Shown in pieces: positions 23,593-37,206 of a stretch of DNA of 64,000 nt. The notes below the pieces were generated by a model, which did not search any database, was not told the DNA's origin, and was given only the letters and a program-made list of their open reading frames with translations. The stretch is taken from positions 31,512,757 through 31,576,756 of the forward strand of contig NC_068990.1 in the NCBI RefSeq assembly GCF_001194135.2, in the 5' to 3' direction. The first letter of the stretch is position 1; each line of letters opens with the position of its first letter. Made by a program: the position numbers and the translations under genes. The stretch is from Octopus bimaculoides (taxonomy: Eukaryota).

Positions 23593-25517
23593 GATTTCAT
23601 ACATACATAATGTTAACAGTGATACATATAGTAGCATACATATAGTAGAATTTAATTCAATTGAAGAAAAGCTTTGCTTTCTTCATACTTTGACTTTCTC
23701 ATTCAAGTCAATTTTGACAAAACTTGTAGTAGCGTCTGTTTGTTTGTTCATCAAGCTATTTGTTGTTCATATTCTTGGGTTTGCTCTAAGTTATGAACTA
23801 TTTCAGCATGTTATGTGACTGTGTTAGATAGTAAAGATGGGACCTGTCTATTGATGGTTGGGTAGGTACAAAGTTGCTCTGTGGTTCTCTTGCATCTTGG
23901 GAAGACATAACAATACTAGCTTATCCAGTAAAATATTTATAGGTATGAATTTTAAGCAATTAGAATAGACAAAATTTTAAGCAATTAGAATAGACAAAGT
24001 AATTAGAATAGAATAGCACCATTGTTTAACACAGCAATATCTGACAGACAATGATAATACCAACTTCACCAAATGTGATTTGAGTCCCATGATGGGATCT
24101 GTTTCCTATATTTCCCTGTCTTAGTTCATACGCATGCACACACACACACACACATACACACACACACACAATTGCATATATGTCAGTATGTGTGTATTCA
24201 TTCATTTGCTTTACATCTATTTTCTATGCTGGCATAGGTTGGATGAGCATTTATTTAAATTAGTACTTTAAATGTTGGATGTTCTTACTCTCACCACTCC
24301 TTTCTTGTTTTACAAGTTAGGGAGCTGTTTTCCCATTATTTTGAGAACACAAAGCTATAAGATATAATGTTCACCAGGAATGTAAATGTGACAATATCAT
24401 TTTATCACTCAGACAATTTCGTGCAAGCAGCCGAAATAAAAACTTTCACACAGCACTTTGATTGTGTAGCAGACCAACTTCTGCAGGACTGGAGTACTGC
24501 AACAATAATAACAGCTGTGTATTATATGCTTATCATCCTTGTGAGCAAGCCTCTACATGGTTGTTCACCTATAGCAGCCAACTCTTCAAATTACATCCAC
24601 CATTATAGAAAAAGGCACAATGCATAATGTTGTCCTGGGTTCATTGCACATAGAAAAAAAGATAGGATAATTACAGGGTGGGTAAAGCCTTTAATCATAA
24701 CATTACTTGATAAAGATGTACCTTGGGCTAAACAACAGCAATATTTTCTACCTCAACCATCACTATGTTTTCCACAATTTTGCTATCTTCTTATGCTACA
24801 TGCCATATCAATAAATAACTATATAAGGTAATGAATGCAGCTGTTAAAACAAAGCTCCAATCAAACAGTTTTTGATTCACTTTTGCATGTAATCAGAAAT
24901 TATTTATACATATCTATTGAAAATTAATATAACTGTCATATTTTATGTCTTTGTTTATTCTAAGATATTTACACAATTAAGAGACTTTTATATAAAAATC
25001 ATTAATAATATGAAAAAGGTCAAAAATTTTGAATTGGATAGTATAAACTAAAAATTTGAAATTGAGAAAAAGAAATGTTTCCAATTAAATTTTTCAAAAT
25101 TCAGTATCTCCTCCTCTTCAAAATTTGATATGTGAACAACCCAGAATATTCATTTTCAGTACGTAAATATAAGAACAAAATAAAATATAAAAGCACCAAT
25201 CACACAGCCACAAATTTCTCGCTTCCATATTTTAAAATTGAGACAAATTTATGTTATTGTGCTTTGTTTTTGTCATTAAAGAAAGTAAAGTTAAAAACCA
25301 ATTTTACATTTAAAGGAATGTAAAATGATAATAATAATAATAACAACAACAACAACAACAGTAATGATGATGATGATGATAATGATGATGATTTCTTTTC
25401 TTTGCCATGAGGGCAATAAATGAGAGTAACAATACAAAGACAGACAAAAAGTGTGGGGGTTTTCATAGAAAGGAATAAGAAGAAAATACAAGCATACATG
25501 GTGTATAATATTGGTTT

Positions 25518-26076
25518 CAAATACTGGCACATAGCCAGCGACTTTGAGTGATGGGGTAAGTCAATTACATTGACCCCAGTACTCAACTGGTACTTATTTT
25601 ATTGACCCCAAAAGGATGAAAAGTAAAGTTGACCTTGGTGGAATTTAAAAACAGATGAAATGCCGATAAACATTTTGCCTAGCATGCTTACGATTCTGCC
25701 AGCTCACCGCCTTAATATAGGTTTTTAATTAATTCTTTCTTGCATATATTCCTGTATTTCAATGAAGTAAAATATTATCTATTTTAAATATAAAACAAGG
25801 GGATATGCACTTACAATAATAATAATAATAATGATAATAATAATAATAATAATAATAATAATTCTTTCTACTATAGGCACAAGGCCTGAAATTGTGGGGG
25901 AGGTGACTAGTCGATTGCATCAACCCCAGTGTTTCACTGATACTTAATTTATCGATTCCCAAAGGATGAAAGGCAAAGTCAACCTCGGTGGAATTTGAAC
26001 TTAGAACATAGCGATAGGCAAAATACTGTTAAGCATTTTGTCCAGCATGCTAACGATTCTGCTAGTTCACCGCCTC

Positions 26077-26107
<31 letters not shown>

Positions 26108-26320
26108 TCCTTTCTACTACAGGCACAAGACCTGAAATTTGGGGGAGGGGGACAAATCGATTACATAGACGCCAGTGCTCAGCTGGTATTTATTTCACCA
26201 ACCCTAAAAGGATGAAACGCAAAGTCAACCTTGGCGGAATTTGAACTCAGAATGTAAAGATGGACCAAATGTTACTAAGCATTTTGCCCAACGGGCAAAT
26301 GATTCTGCCAGCTTGCCACA
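25518..26320 (-). mobile_element. Three clustered family-B SINEs (25518-25713, 25815-26075, 26076-26320)
   Basis: Each carries ggtacttatt..aaaggatgaaa..aagtc/ttgacc..ggaattt..gattctgccagc. Copies 2 and 3 abut through an (AAT)n tail. Confidence 0.88.
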
Positions 26321-27369
26321 TTAATAATAATAATAACTATGCATAATTATATCTCTGTCCATCCATTCATCTTTCTGTCTGCCTATCTATCTGTCTAACT
26401 GTTAATCTATTTTTCTATTTGCCTATTCTTTCATACATGCACATACATCGTATTTTGATCATATCTTTTAAAAAATTATGGTAATTTTTTTTTAAATATA
26501 CCCTGCTTTGTCTCCTGTTTTGTAATATATATTATACATAATATTAACTAATTTGAAAATATTCAAGCTTAAAAACAAAAGTAATTTGGCATACATGTGT
26601 AGTTTTATAAAGTATGATAATTTATAAATAGCAAAGACTGGGAAATTTAAAATAATCTGGGTTTCTAATATATGAGACATATTGACACAGTGAGTCATTA
26701 TTATCTTCTTAAGTGAAGTACTTCATTCTGTTTACATCAGACCATCTTGCTAGGAAGTAGATATCACTTAATATGAAGAATTAATCAGACATTGGCTTGC
26801 ATCATATCTAAAAGACTTTTTCTCATCAACTAAATGCCAGAAAGCCAGACATAAACACAATTCTTGAGCAGTCAACAATGACATGCATCATAATCAGCTA
26901 TCAGAGAGGAAACTGAAATATTAAGAAAACGCTTAAATCAAGTGATGTAATTTACACTTTATCCATGTTTCATAATTTTCTGATTAGTAAGCAAGTCAGT
27001 CTAACACCATTATGTGCATATTTTGGTAGATGTTTCAACATTTGAAATTAAATTGTAATGAAATAACAATAATACATCTCAACATATTCTTTTATTTTTT
27101 TATTCTTTTACTTGTTTCAGTCATTTGACTGTGGCCACTACTTTTATCTGTCTGTCCTTCCTTCTGCCTGTTTATTTGTCTGTCTTTTTATCCATCTAGT
27201 TTTTAGTCAATCTATCCACTTATTCATACATACACACATAGACACATACATTTAGGTTTATAAACAGTGTAAAGAAGTACAGAGTATGAGTAGTTTATTC
27301 ATTTAAAGCTGAGGCTTTACTTCATTGTTATTCTCAATTTTCCATATCTGTTCCTTTCTTCACAGTATA

Positions 27370-28190
27370 GATATTGCAAGACATCTCATCTAATACACCA
27401 ACAGTTCTGCCAACCTACCACCTAGCATAGCAATACACTAGGTAACACTAAAATAAATCCCCATGGAAGAAAGATAAGTAAACCACATTCTACAAATGTC
27501 AAAAGGTGTGTTCTGATCCACCACCTATAAGTGTAATAATCGGTTATGCAAGAGAAATATAGTATGGTTCAACCCTCCCTTTGCACTGAACATCGCGTCT
27601 GACTTATCCAGCATCTTCTTTAGGGCAAATTATAGCTGTTGTGAACAACACAAATTATAGCATATAGTGAACAACATGGTATCTTATCCTAAAAATTCAG
27701 CAGAACTAGGGGCACATAATAAAATCCCACCTATTCAAAATTTCACATGACTTTGTAACTGTTGAACATCTTCCATGTGTTCTCTTGACAATCACTGCCT
27801 AAGGAAGAACATAATATATAAGGAGACTGTTATCACCAACAATAATACCTTCCACTACATAGGAACTACGTCTTCACAATTTAAATGCAAATATTACAAT
27901 CCTGTCCACTAGTTTAAGAACCTCAGTAAGCATATGTCCACAGCACTGGTCGAGCTGATATGGAACTTAAAACTGAAGAGGGCTCCATACAAGATTTATT
28001 GGTCTGTCATGCAATCTGCACTCTCATGCACAAGAGGAGTGGGTGAATGCAATCTATGCAAAGTCGAAGCAGTAGAGATATTATATAAGGGTAATACCAT
28101 TAACAAAGGAAATGAAGTTCTGGTACAGTATCCACACAAATATTCAAGGACCTTCACAAAACTTATACAGTCTTTTTCTTTTTTCCTTCA
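27370..28190 (+). mobile_element. Penelope-like element relic (linker and GIY-YIG endonuclease)
   Basis: KRNIVWFNPPFALNI, LDNHCLRKNIIYK.TV.TNNNTFHYIG.T...FK.KY.N, STALVELIW.LK.K..PYKI.WS.M....CTRG...CNLCK.E..EIL.....INK.NE. Confidence 0.85.
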
Positions 28191-28424
28191 CCCCTCAGTT
28201 ATTTTTCTTCCACCCCTTAGCTATTGTTCCTCCTGTATAAAGAAATAGCCCCAGTATCTTGTATACTATATGGCTATCCTGCACAAATAAATATTTACAT
28301 ATTTTTACTGCTTATGTTTGCTTCACTTGATATATTTCTGAAATTAAACATTTTAATGTACAAAATATAATTCACATTATTACATATACTATACACTTAT
28401 GTAAAAAAAATATTATGTTTATTG

Positions 28425-28720
28425 ACTGTCGCCAAAATGATCACAGCATCAATGGAAAGTTCAATACCAACTTGCTAAGGCAGTTATGAAAGGCTATCAA
28501 GATCAAGCGTCCAGAAAAATTGATGAATGGAGTCCTTAGTTTCAATGGCTGCTGTGCGTGACTGTCTTTAAAACTGGTTGATCACCCTCTCTATGTTAGT
28601 GATTTGGTTCCATCTAATTATCATCTGTTTCCCAACATGGAAAAACACTCAGCTGGGCACCAGTATCAATGTGATGATGATGTCTTATCAGACTCAGAGA
28701 AAGAGAGACATTTTGTTACC
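28425..28720 (+). mobile_element. mariner transposase fragment
   Basis: INGK..NLLRQL.KAIKIKRPEKLMNGVL..VSMAAVRDC..LVDHPLY.SDLVPSNYHLFPNM.KH.AG.QY..DDDV. Confidence 0.8.
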
Positions 28721-29059
28721 AACAGGGTTAATGGCAGAGGAGAACTTGTGAACAATTCATATGGCCTCTATTACAAATGCAATGTCTGCAGTTCATGCTG
28801 AAATCCATCTCTCCATGTGTGTGTGTGTGTGTGTGTGATGGAGTTTTCCAAAGAATTTTGTCTCTGACATATTGGTCATATACATAATCAACATTGCTAT
28901 TTTTCTTCTAATTCTGTTTGTACATGATCTCATCTAAATTACCCAATGAAGATAAATATGCTTTGCTGATGAGTTCTAAAAAAGAACAGAACATTTCTTT
29001 CACTAATTATCTTTGAAGGCAGAACCATTCCTAAATGCATTGACATTATTTATAAATAA

Positions 29060-29265
29060 GACAGTGAGTTGGCAGAATCGTTAGCATGCTAGGCTCAGTG
29101 GTATTTTGTCTGTCTTCACATTCTGAGTTCAAATTCCAACTTTCCCTTTTGTCTTTTCAGGGTTGATTAAATAAGTAGCAGTTATACACTGGGGTTAATA
29201 TAATTGACTTACCTCCTTCCCCCACCAAATTTCAAGCCTTGTGCCTATAGTAGAAAGGATTATTT
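29060..29265 (+). mobile_element. tRNA-derived SINE (family B)
   Basis: gagttggcagaatcgttagc..ctgagttcaaattcc..aaataagtagcag..tttcaagccttgtgcctatagtagaaaggattatt. Confidence 0.85.
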
Positions 29266-29437
29266 ACAAAAATTTGAAGTAGGTGATATTGTTGGTGTTG
29301 TCTTCCTTATTTGATATCTTTAAATTCACCTAGTAAGGGCTTGTGTATTTTTATTGAAGGGTAACTGCAGTTAAGTGAAGAGATTCACTAAACTGCAGTA
29401 ACTCACTATATAACATATACAAGACTCTACAGTTTTT

Positions 29438-29540
29438 TCATATATATATATATATATATATGTATGTATATATATATATANNNNNNNNNNNNNNNNNNNN
29501 NNNNNNNNNNNNNNNNNNNNNNNNNNNNNNNNNNATATAC

Positions 29541-29575
<35 letters not shown>

Positions 29576-29827
29576 CATACATATATATGTATGTATATAT
29601 ATGTGTGTATATATATATGTGTGTATATATATATATATATGTATATATATATACATATATACATATATATGTATACATATATATATATACATATATATGT
29701 ATACATATATATGTATATATATATATGTATATGTATATATATGTATACATATATATTTATGTATATGTATACATATATAAGTATGTATGTATATATATAT
29801 ATGTATACATGTATATCTATTTATATA

Positions 29828-29886
<59 letters not shown>

Positions 29887-29918
29887 ATATATGTATATAT
29901 GTATGTATATATATATAA
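29438..29918. repeat. Compound (TA)/(TATG)/(TACA) microsatellite with gap
   Basis: About 480 bp of degenerate TA-based repeat; explains the YI-rich ORFs at 29371-30178. Confidence 0.95.
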
Positions 29919-30959
29919 ACTTTTTATGTAACCTAATTACAGATTTGTTTCCTGTATTTGCATATATTATAAAATATCTTGTATACAATATTCTTTGTGA
30001 ACTTCTACAATCAAAAATTTTCTTCTTCTTCTTCTTCTTCTTCTTCTTCGCTTTTTTGCTGTTGATATTCTTGTTATTCTTGTCAATGTTATTATTGGTT
30101 TCCTCCCCTCCTCCTCATTATTACTATTATTATTACTCAAGGAAGCATCTTAGACACTGCTCCAGAACAAACCGATGAAATAAACGACTAATTTAATGAC
30201 CTTGACTCCAATTTCCTTAAAATGAAGACAAGGCCAGAAGATCTAATAATGGAACACACTGAAAACCTCTTTGCATACAGCCACAAATCAAACTACATTG
30301 AATTCATATTTAATTAATGAATAATAGATCATTTATATAAATCTTGTATATATACGCATTGATTTTATGAATTATAATAATCACAGCTTTTAGTCTAATT
30401 AATAATTAAATGTAATTAATGATCATATCATCAATATGCAAAACAGTAAATATCCAAAATTTTTTATCACAAATTTAAATTTTCCCTTTGTCTGTGTATG
30501 AGTGAGTGTGTGAATGTATATGTCCATAAATATGATTACTATAAGAGAAAGAAGATATCCCTTTTCTGTGTAATAATTTATTGTCTGTTGTCTTTTGTTT
30601 TCTTCCACATCAAAATATCTTGCTACAATATTACATCTTAAAATCAGTTTACATTGTAGGACACTTTCTTTACCAGCTCTCAACTGAAGATCGCAATCAC
30701 TATGATTTTGATATTTTCCGGTAGCGTTGCTATTGGTAGTGATACTAAGCACTATTATGCTACCAGAAAATGTCTATTTGGTTTACATTATAATATGGAT
30801 TTTGTGGAAACTCCTCATACTACCAAGGAAAGATGTGTTTTCATGAGGTCTCTTTAGCTGTGTCAAGGACATGGTTATTTCTCTAGAGCTGGAGTCATGC
30901 CAAAGGCACTCAATAAGTTCTGTAAAGTGTAAGGTTGTGAGGACCCTTTAGTTTTCTTG

Positions 30960-31075
30960 ATAACATTACACATCACTAGTGGTGATGCTGTGAAAAATTG
31001 CACAGTATGTTCTATGCAGTGGTTGGTGTTAGGAAGGACATCTAGCCATAGAAACCAAGCCAAAAATATAATGTA
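30960..31075 (+). mobile_element. Degenerate RTE-type tail
   Basis: gtggttggtgttaggaaggacatctagccatagaaaccaagccaaaa. Confidence 0.55.
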
Positions 31076-31275
31076 TGCAAAATGAGCCACCGAGCCACCC
31101 CCAGTCTATCTAGGTCAGCAATACCTAGATAATATGCACTGACTGAACCATGATGATCCAACCACTTATTGCCAGCATAAAAGTAGACATAAAGCATGAT
31201 GTGTGTTTGTGTGCATGCATGCATATGTGCATGTATACACACACACACACACATACATGCATACATACATATGTA

Positions 31276-31924
31276 AAGGTGCATTCCAGAAGTTTGGAGA
31301 CCTTTTAGGAGAGGTAGTTACAACTGTTCTAGATTATTGTAATTTTAGTATATTAATACATCTGATGAGCTGACCTACCAACTTTTTTTGATTGAAGGCG
31401 ACAGCTGTAACAGCACTTTGAACACACCCTACTAAACACTTCTTGTCACAGCTGACAAGTTTACAGAATACAGTTGGAGCATGAAAACAATTTGGAAGCT
31501 TGCTATGCAATAAAGTTTTTGTGTGAAACTGGGTAAATATGCTACAGAAACTTATGAAATGCTCCAAACTGCTTATGGATTAACTTGTATGAGCTGGCCA
31601 TCTATATTTTACTGGCACAAGAGGTAAGGCAAAGCAAGTCTGCAGGGAAGCACATGATGATTTCTTTTTATGACTTTAAGGGTATCAAAACTGTCCCTTA
31701 CTCTCCCTACAGTCCAGATATACCCATTGTGACTTTTAGTTGTTCTTCAAGCTGAAGGAGAACATGGAGACAGGACTTAACTATAGGGGACTTTCATGGG
31801 GTATTCATGAAGTGGCTGGAGTTCTACAAAGGATTCTACATTGAAAGAAACTAGAGTTTTGTACTTCTTTGAAATTAATTAATGTCTTTTCTGAAAAAGT
31901 CTCAAAACTTTTGAAATACACCTT
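31276..31924 (+). mobile_element. Internally deleted mariner with both TIRs
   Basis: aaggtgcattccagaagtttggagacctttt / aaaagtctcaaaacttttgaaatacacctt, TA-flanked. KLGKYATETYEMLQTAYG..CMS...FYWHKR, then SKSAGK.MM..FYD.KG and PYSPD...CDF.LF.KLK. Confidence 0.85.
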
Positions 31925-32834
31925 TTATATTTATACACACTGGCATATATCTATACACTTATACATATAATACAGAGGATAAAGGAGCAAGATTCTTTTT
32001 AAAGTACACTAAAAATATAAGAAACATGAACGTCAATGTTTCAAGCATTGCATCAAGCTTAATGTTTGATTCCATGTAAAAGCAAGTTTATACTGTTTGC
32101 TTTTTAGTGATTAGAGCTATAATTGCAATAACAATTTGATGGAAAATTTTATAAGTGAGCCAAAAGTGATATATTAAATAATGAAGGAAATAGTCTCTTG
32201 CAAGGTTAAAATGTTTTAAATACTTTACTGTGGATGCTATATTTTGATTACTTCAACAACAGAAGAGTTACTTTAAAACAGTATGCTTTACTTTTGTCAC
32301 TTATGCTTTTTGACAAGCACTTTGTGTTTTATTCAGCAATTGACAAGAAATTTAGTTGTAAATAAGTTCATTCAAGAGCTGTCTAGTCATTGTATTTACT
32401 GTTTGGTAACACAGTCACAGGAAATTGTATTTCAAGGTTTTTGTTTTCTTTCTCAGCAAGTTCTTGAAATTTGGAGAACAAAATTAAGAGGTAGTTAATT
32501 ACCTCTATAGAAGCAAATAACTTGATCCCAATTGCAGAATTAAATTAAGATTTTTGGGACAAATATTTATTTTGAATGATTGTGGCTATAAATAAACAAA
32601 GTGCTTATTGTTGTATGAGGTCACTGTAGACTGGCAACAATGTACAAGTAGTTGTTTGTGCGTGGGAAGTGTACATGTAGCAGTTTGATATTAAATCAAA
32701 ATTATAATCATTGAATACATTAGATAATTAGTAATACTTTAGACAAGTGCAGGTATAATCAGATGGTGAGTAAGCTTACTTTGTAACCATGTACTTCTGG
32801 GTTCTAACCTACTACATGGTCCATTAGTCTAACA

Positions 32835-33100
32835 CAGTGGTTCTCAAGCATTTTCGTTTTATTTTTTTTACTTTTGTTTCCTATTTTTACTCTACTGGAC
32901 CTCCATAACCATTCATTGTATATAGAAAAAATCCTGTTGTATTTTTATGATTAAATATTATTTGGAACTGTATAAAAAGTTGTTAAAATATTTCTATATT
33001 GTAGAAATATAACCAATTTATTGCACATAAATTTTAACAAAATCTTATATGGACCTCCTTCTCCATATAACCAATGGTTATATGGAGCCTGACTGAGAAC
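32835..33100. mobile_element. hAT-like MITE relic
   Basis: Left end cagtggttctcaa, degenerate right end tgactgagaactac, AT-rich interior. Confidence 0.4.
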
Positions 33101-33179
33101 TACAAATATGATTTGATGTTACAAATATTTTGGAATTGATGAGAATATTGTATCTTTTGGTATTGTAAATAAAGCTAGG

Positions 33180-33780
33180 GTGACAAAGGGATACTTCAGT
33201 AGGCTTTGGAAAATATGGAAGTCAGAGCTATCTACATTCAATAAAACTATATCTCACTTGCGCTCTTTTGTGACATGCATACCCACAAGTGGAAGTTTAT
33301 TTATCTACCTGCTCAAAACGCACACAAATATGCATACATCAACTAATTCAGCTAATTACAGACCCTAAGAGCCGTCATGACTTAAGCAGAAGAGCTTTGC
33401 CCCTTTCTTAGTCATTAGCTTGAATTCTGTAGTGGTAAAAAAAGAAAAGAAAGAGAATAACTATGGACAACTACTTTGAAAGCTCCAGCTTCTATATCCA
33501 GATTATAAATTCACATTTATACCAACAATAATCAATGCATCTGGTTTTGCAAGTAAATGCCTAAGTGACAATCTGGATAAGCTAGGCATTTCAGAGAAAG
33601 AAATTGACCAATTAACTCACACACTACAAATACAATCTATAAGTGGAACAGTGAAAATATGCAAGACTTTTCTCGAGTTTAAAATGTGACATTGTTTTTG
33701 TTATCTGTATTCCAATGAAGGAGCTTTGTATCTTTGTTAGAAACCAGATCCTTCCTCAGAGGAAGAATTTAAATAATTAA
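33180..33780 (+). mobile_element. R4/Dong-like LINE 3' relic (RT thumb fused to RLE C-terminus)
   Basis: YFSRLWKIWKSELSTFNKTISH..IPTSG, then KENNYGQLL*KLQLLYPDYKFTFIPTII.A.G..SKCL..NL.KLG.SE.EI..L...LQIQSISGTVKICKTFL.FKM*. Confidence 0.8.
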
Positions 33781-33959
33781 AAACAGATGAGAACATTCAC
33801 ACACACACACATGCACATACACACATAAATAAGACTTTCCAGAAGTTTATCATTTAAGTATATATGGGCATGTCTAGATATGAAAGTATATGCACGAGAA
33901 GACATACATAAAATAAAGCATACAAATCTGCACATATACATACATACAAAAATACCCTT

Positions 33960-34055
33960 GTTGATAATGAAATTCCAATGAAGGAGCCTTGGATCAAGGT
34001 TAGAAACCAGTTCATTTCTATTGGCAAGAAATCTTGAAATAAAATTGAATAATGA
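33960..34055 (+). repeat. Isolated copy of the R4/Dong-like 3' UTR
   Basis: attccaatgaaggagc..gttagaaaccag occurs at 33709-33747, just after the RLE stop, and again at 33972-34010. Confidence 0.55.
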
Positions 34056-34080
34056 CACACACACACATTAAATGTATATA

Positions 34081-34311
34081 GGCGGCGAGCTGGCAGAAAC
34101 GTTAGCACGCCGGGCGAAATGCTTAACGGTATTTCGTCTGCCGCTACGTTCTGAGTTCAAATTCCGCCGAGGTCGACTTTGCCTTTCATCCTTTCGGGGT
34201 CGATTAAATAAGTACCAGTTACGCACTGGGGTCGGTATTATCGACTTAATCCGTTTGTCTGTCCTTGTTTGTCCCCTTTGTGTGTAGCCCCTTGTGGGTA
34301 GTAAAGAAATA
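34081..34311 (+). mobile_element. Young full-length family-B SINE with 19-bp TSD
   Basis: CpG-rich, with A-box-like tggcagaaacg and B-box gagttcaaattcc. TSD acacacattaaatgtatat at 34061-34079 and 34312-34330. Confidence 0.95.
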
Positions 34312-34549
34312 ACACACATTAAATGTATATGCATTTTGTGACTGTTTGTGTCTATGTTTACTTGTGTAAATTTGTATGCTAAAAGCATATCTTAGTGATT
34401 CAGTAGACAGATACAAATAAAACATCTTAGACTAAAAGAAGTATAGGGATTGATATGATTAGTTAAAACACTTGAAAGCAGTACCCTAACGTGATTATAG
34501 TCTACTTACTAAAACTAGAAAATGAATTAAAAAATGATTTGCATTGTAA

Positions 34550-34740
34550 TACGAGCAATATCATTCATTTCCAATATTGTGTGAGAATGTGTCAGGCCAT
34601 AGGGAAATATTACATTGCCTAGAAACAGGAGAAAGTTAGTGATAGGAAGAGCATCTAATTGAAGAAAATCTTCTGCAATAAACTCCATCCTATCCATGCA
34701 AGCATGGAAAAAAGATTTTAAAATGGTTATGATGATGAAT
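34550..34740 (+). mobile_element. Degenerate retroposon with RTE-type tail
   Basis: gataggaagagcatctaattgaagaaaatc..tccatgcaagcatggaaaaaagat..tgatgatga. Confidence 0.55.
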
Positions 34741-37158
34741 AAAAACACTATTAAGTAAACAGAGACATCTAACACATAAAATTTGTATAAAATATAATGT
34801 AGCTAATCAAAGCCAAGGACCACCAAAGGTGTCATGATTGTAGAATGTTAACTACTATAAATTGTGTTATTTTGTACCCTATTTACAGATAATTCCCAAA
34901 CTGGTGGATGTATATTAATCTACAACTAATCTATATAAAAGTTATTTTCCAAAACTGTAAAAAAAGGAAAAACCCCAAAACAAAATTTCTTGTATTGAGC
35001 AAACTTTTGAATCTTACAAACTACAATATGTAATTTTATTAAGTTGTAATTAAAGTTTTATATTCAATATTTAACAATTTTAAATTATATGAAAATAGCG
35101 CAAATCCTAAAACTCCAAGCTATATGTTTTATCATATCTGTTTTATTTATCTTTTTGTGAGAATCCTAACAGTTGTTTTAGTCTGTCATCCCTGCCAAGT
35201 CTAAATAACAATAATAATATACTGGGTTGATTCAATGAAATATATTTTCTTACTGTGTAAAATGTAGCCTTCTTTATTGTCAAAAGAAATCAATATTCTA
35301 AATTTAAACAGCTTTTATTTTCAATTTATATTCATTGATTACTACAATAAAATATATAATATGCAAGAAATTGAAGGGATTATTATTTTGCATGTTAGAA
35401 TTCTAAGATATATAAAAAAAAAACCCTTCCAAATCACAAATTGAGGTTTGTAATCCCTAATCATCATGATTACTTTACTGCTTATTGCTATAACTTTATT
35501 GCTATCAGCCACTCTGTCTACATTTGTTCTCATCATTTATTGCTGCTGTCTATTTTCCTTTCAATACATTTCCAATGAGGTGTAATTTATTTTTGGATGT
35601 CCCATGTGTATTTTAATTAAAAAAAAAACCTTGTGGAGGACATAACCTCTACTGAATCACAAATTTTAGTTTGGAGACTTTAATTATGAAGTTTAGCTTC
35701 AAGGGAAGGGTTTTTGCTATTTTTCTCATCTCCTACGAGGGGCTATATGAAATATTTGTTTTCCCATCCCACTCCATCCCATCATAAAACGCTGCTAGAA
35801 TCTCTCTATTAATATCATGCTATCATTCCTTTTGATTTCAAGCAACATCCCAACTGTCATAGAGAAACATCCACCACTGTCTACATTCAATACCCCTTGA
35901 ATGGTCAACAATTACTCAAGGGAATTAGATATAAAAAAATTAACAGCCTTATTATATAGCTCTTTTGCCAATAAAAAAAAAAGTAAATGCATACTATAAA
36001 AAAATGGATAAAACTAAAAAAAAATAATCTAAAATAAAAATTATAACCCAAAGGCTTTCTAAATTATAGAAGGAGCTGAGACCTAAAAAAAAAGTAGGAA
36101 AAAAATTAAACAAAAACAAAAAAAAAGATACTGAGAATAAATACAAACATGTGAACATATCAATTTCTGTTAAAATTACTTTCCTACATACATATCTTCA
36201 TCATCAGTGTGATGTGATAGATGTATGAAGTTTTATGATATCATTATCAAGCTAATACTATTAGTTTTATTTTCTTTTTCTTACTTTGATTACAGTTGTT
36301 TTAGCTGTTATTATTGTTATTGTTGTCATTGTCAATCCCACTTGCATCACACACCCAAACCCTCTCCAATACCACAGAACTATCAATAATTATTATAATC
36401 TTATTAAAAGCAAAAAGGCTTCATACTATTGAAAAATAAATGAAAAATATAATAAAAAAAATTTCTATTTTTTTAGTTCTCTCTTGTTTATGTAATTTTG
36501 TTTCTTTTCTTCTTTAGTTTGTTTTTTTTTTCCTCCTAGTCTTGCACATGCTCTTTCTCTGTCATTTTAGTTTCATTCGATCTGTTTTTAGCTTTTCTAT
36601 GTTTGCTTTTTTATTTTAATTTCTCTTCATCCATTTTTTTGCTTTTTTGCTTTCTCTTACTCAGTTTCCCTTTTCCTATGTTTCTTTCTTGTCTATTTCT
36701 ATTAATGATTTAGTTTCTGCTCATCCTTATATAACTAAAAGAAAAATAGCCAGTAGTGAAAAAACAAAAGCTAACAGAAATTATGGAAAAACTGAGAGAA
36801 AAATAAAAAAATTAGAAATTATTAAAAAAATCAGCTACAGAAAAGGAGAGAAAGGAATTTTGATGAAAGAGTCTAAGTTGGGAGACTGGTATGTCTTTAA
36901 TGTTGCTAATTAATTCAGAAGAATTAGAGAGAGGTACAGTAAAAGGATGGATTTCTTTGAACATAACAGAGATCAGATTGATTTAGGTTATGTACAACAG
37001 AAAATTAATAATGTTGAGGAAAATTTTAACATTACCAATTCTGTTTAAGATAATGGTGGAATTTAATAGGGAACAGATCAAAGATTCCGACACTAGAAAA
37101 AAGATAGTGAGTGTAAAATATAGATGAAAACAAGGAGAGAATTTTGCACAATATAAAG

Positions 37159-37206
<48 letters not shown>

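Noticed and set aside
23948-23997. Perfect 25-bp tandem duplication; similar short duplications at 45585-45626, 49514-49555, 60013-60055 and 60409-60446
   Set aside because: Ordinary slippage or repair duplications with no further structure.
30423-30850. Overlapping open frames on both strands with possible splice signals
   Set aside because: Several mutually incompatible exon models, none with strong paired sites or recognisable motifs.
34081-34170. tRNA gene
   Set aside because: The A/B-box head continues into a SINE body with tail and TSD; no cloverleaf acceptor stem is evident.
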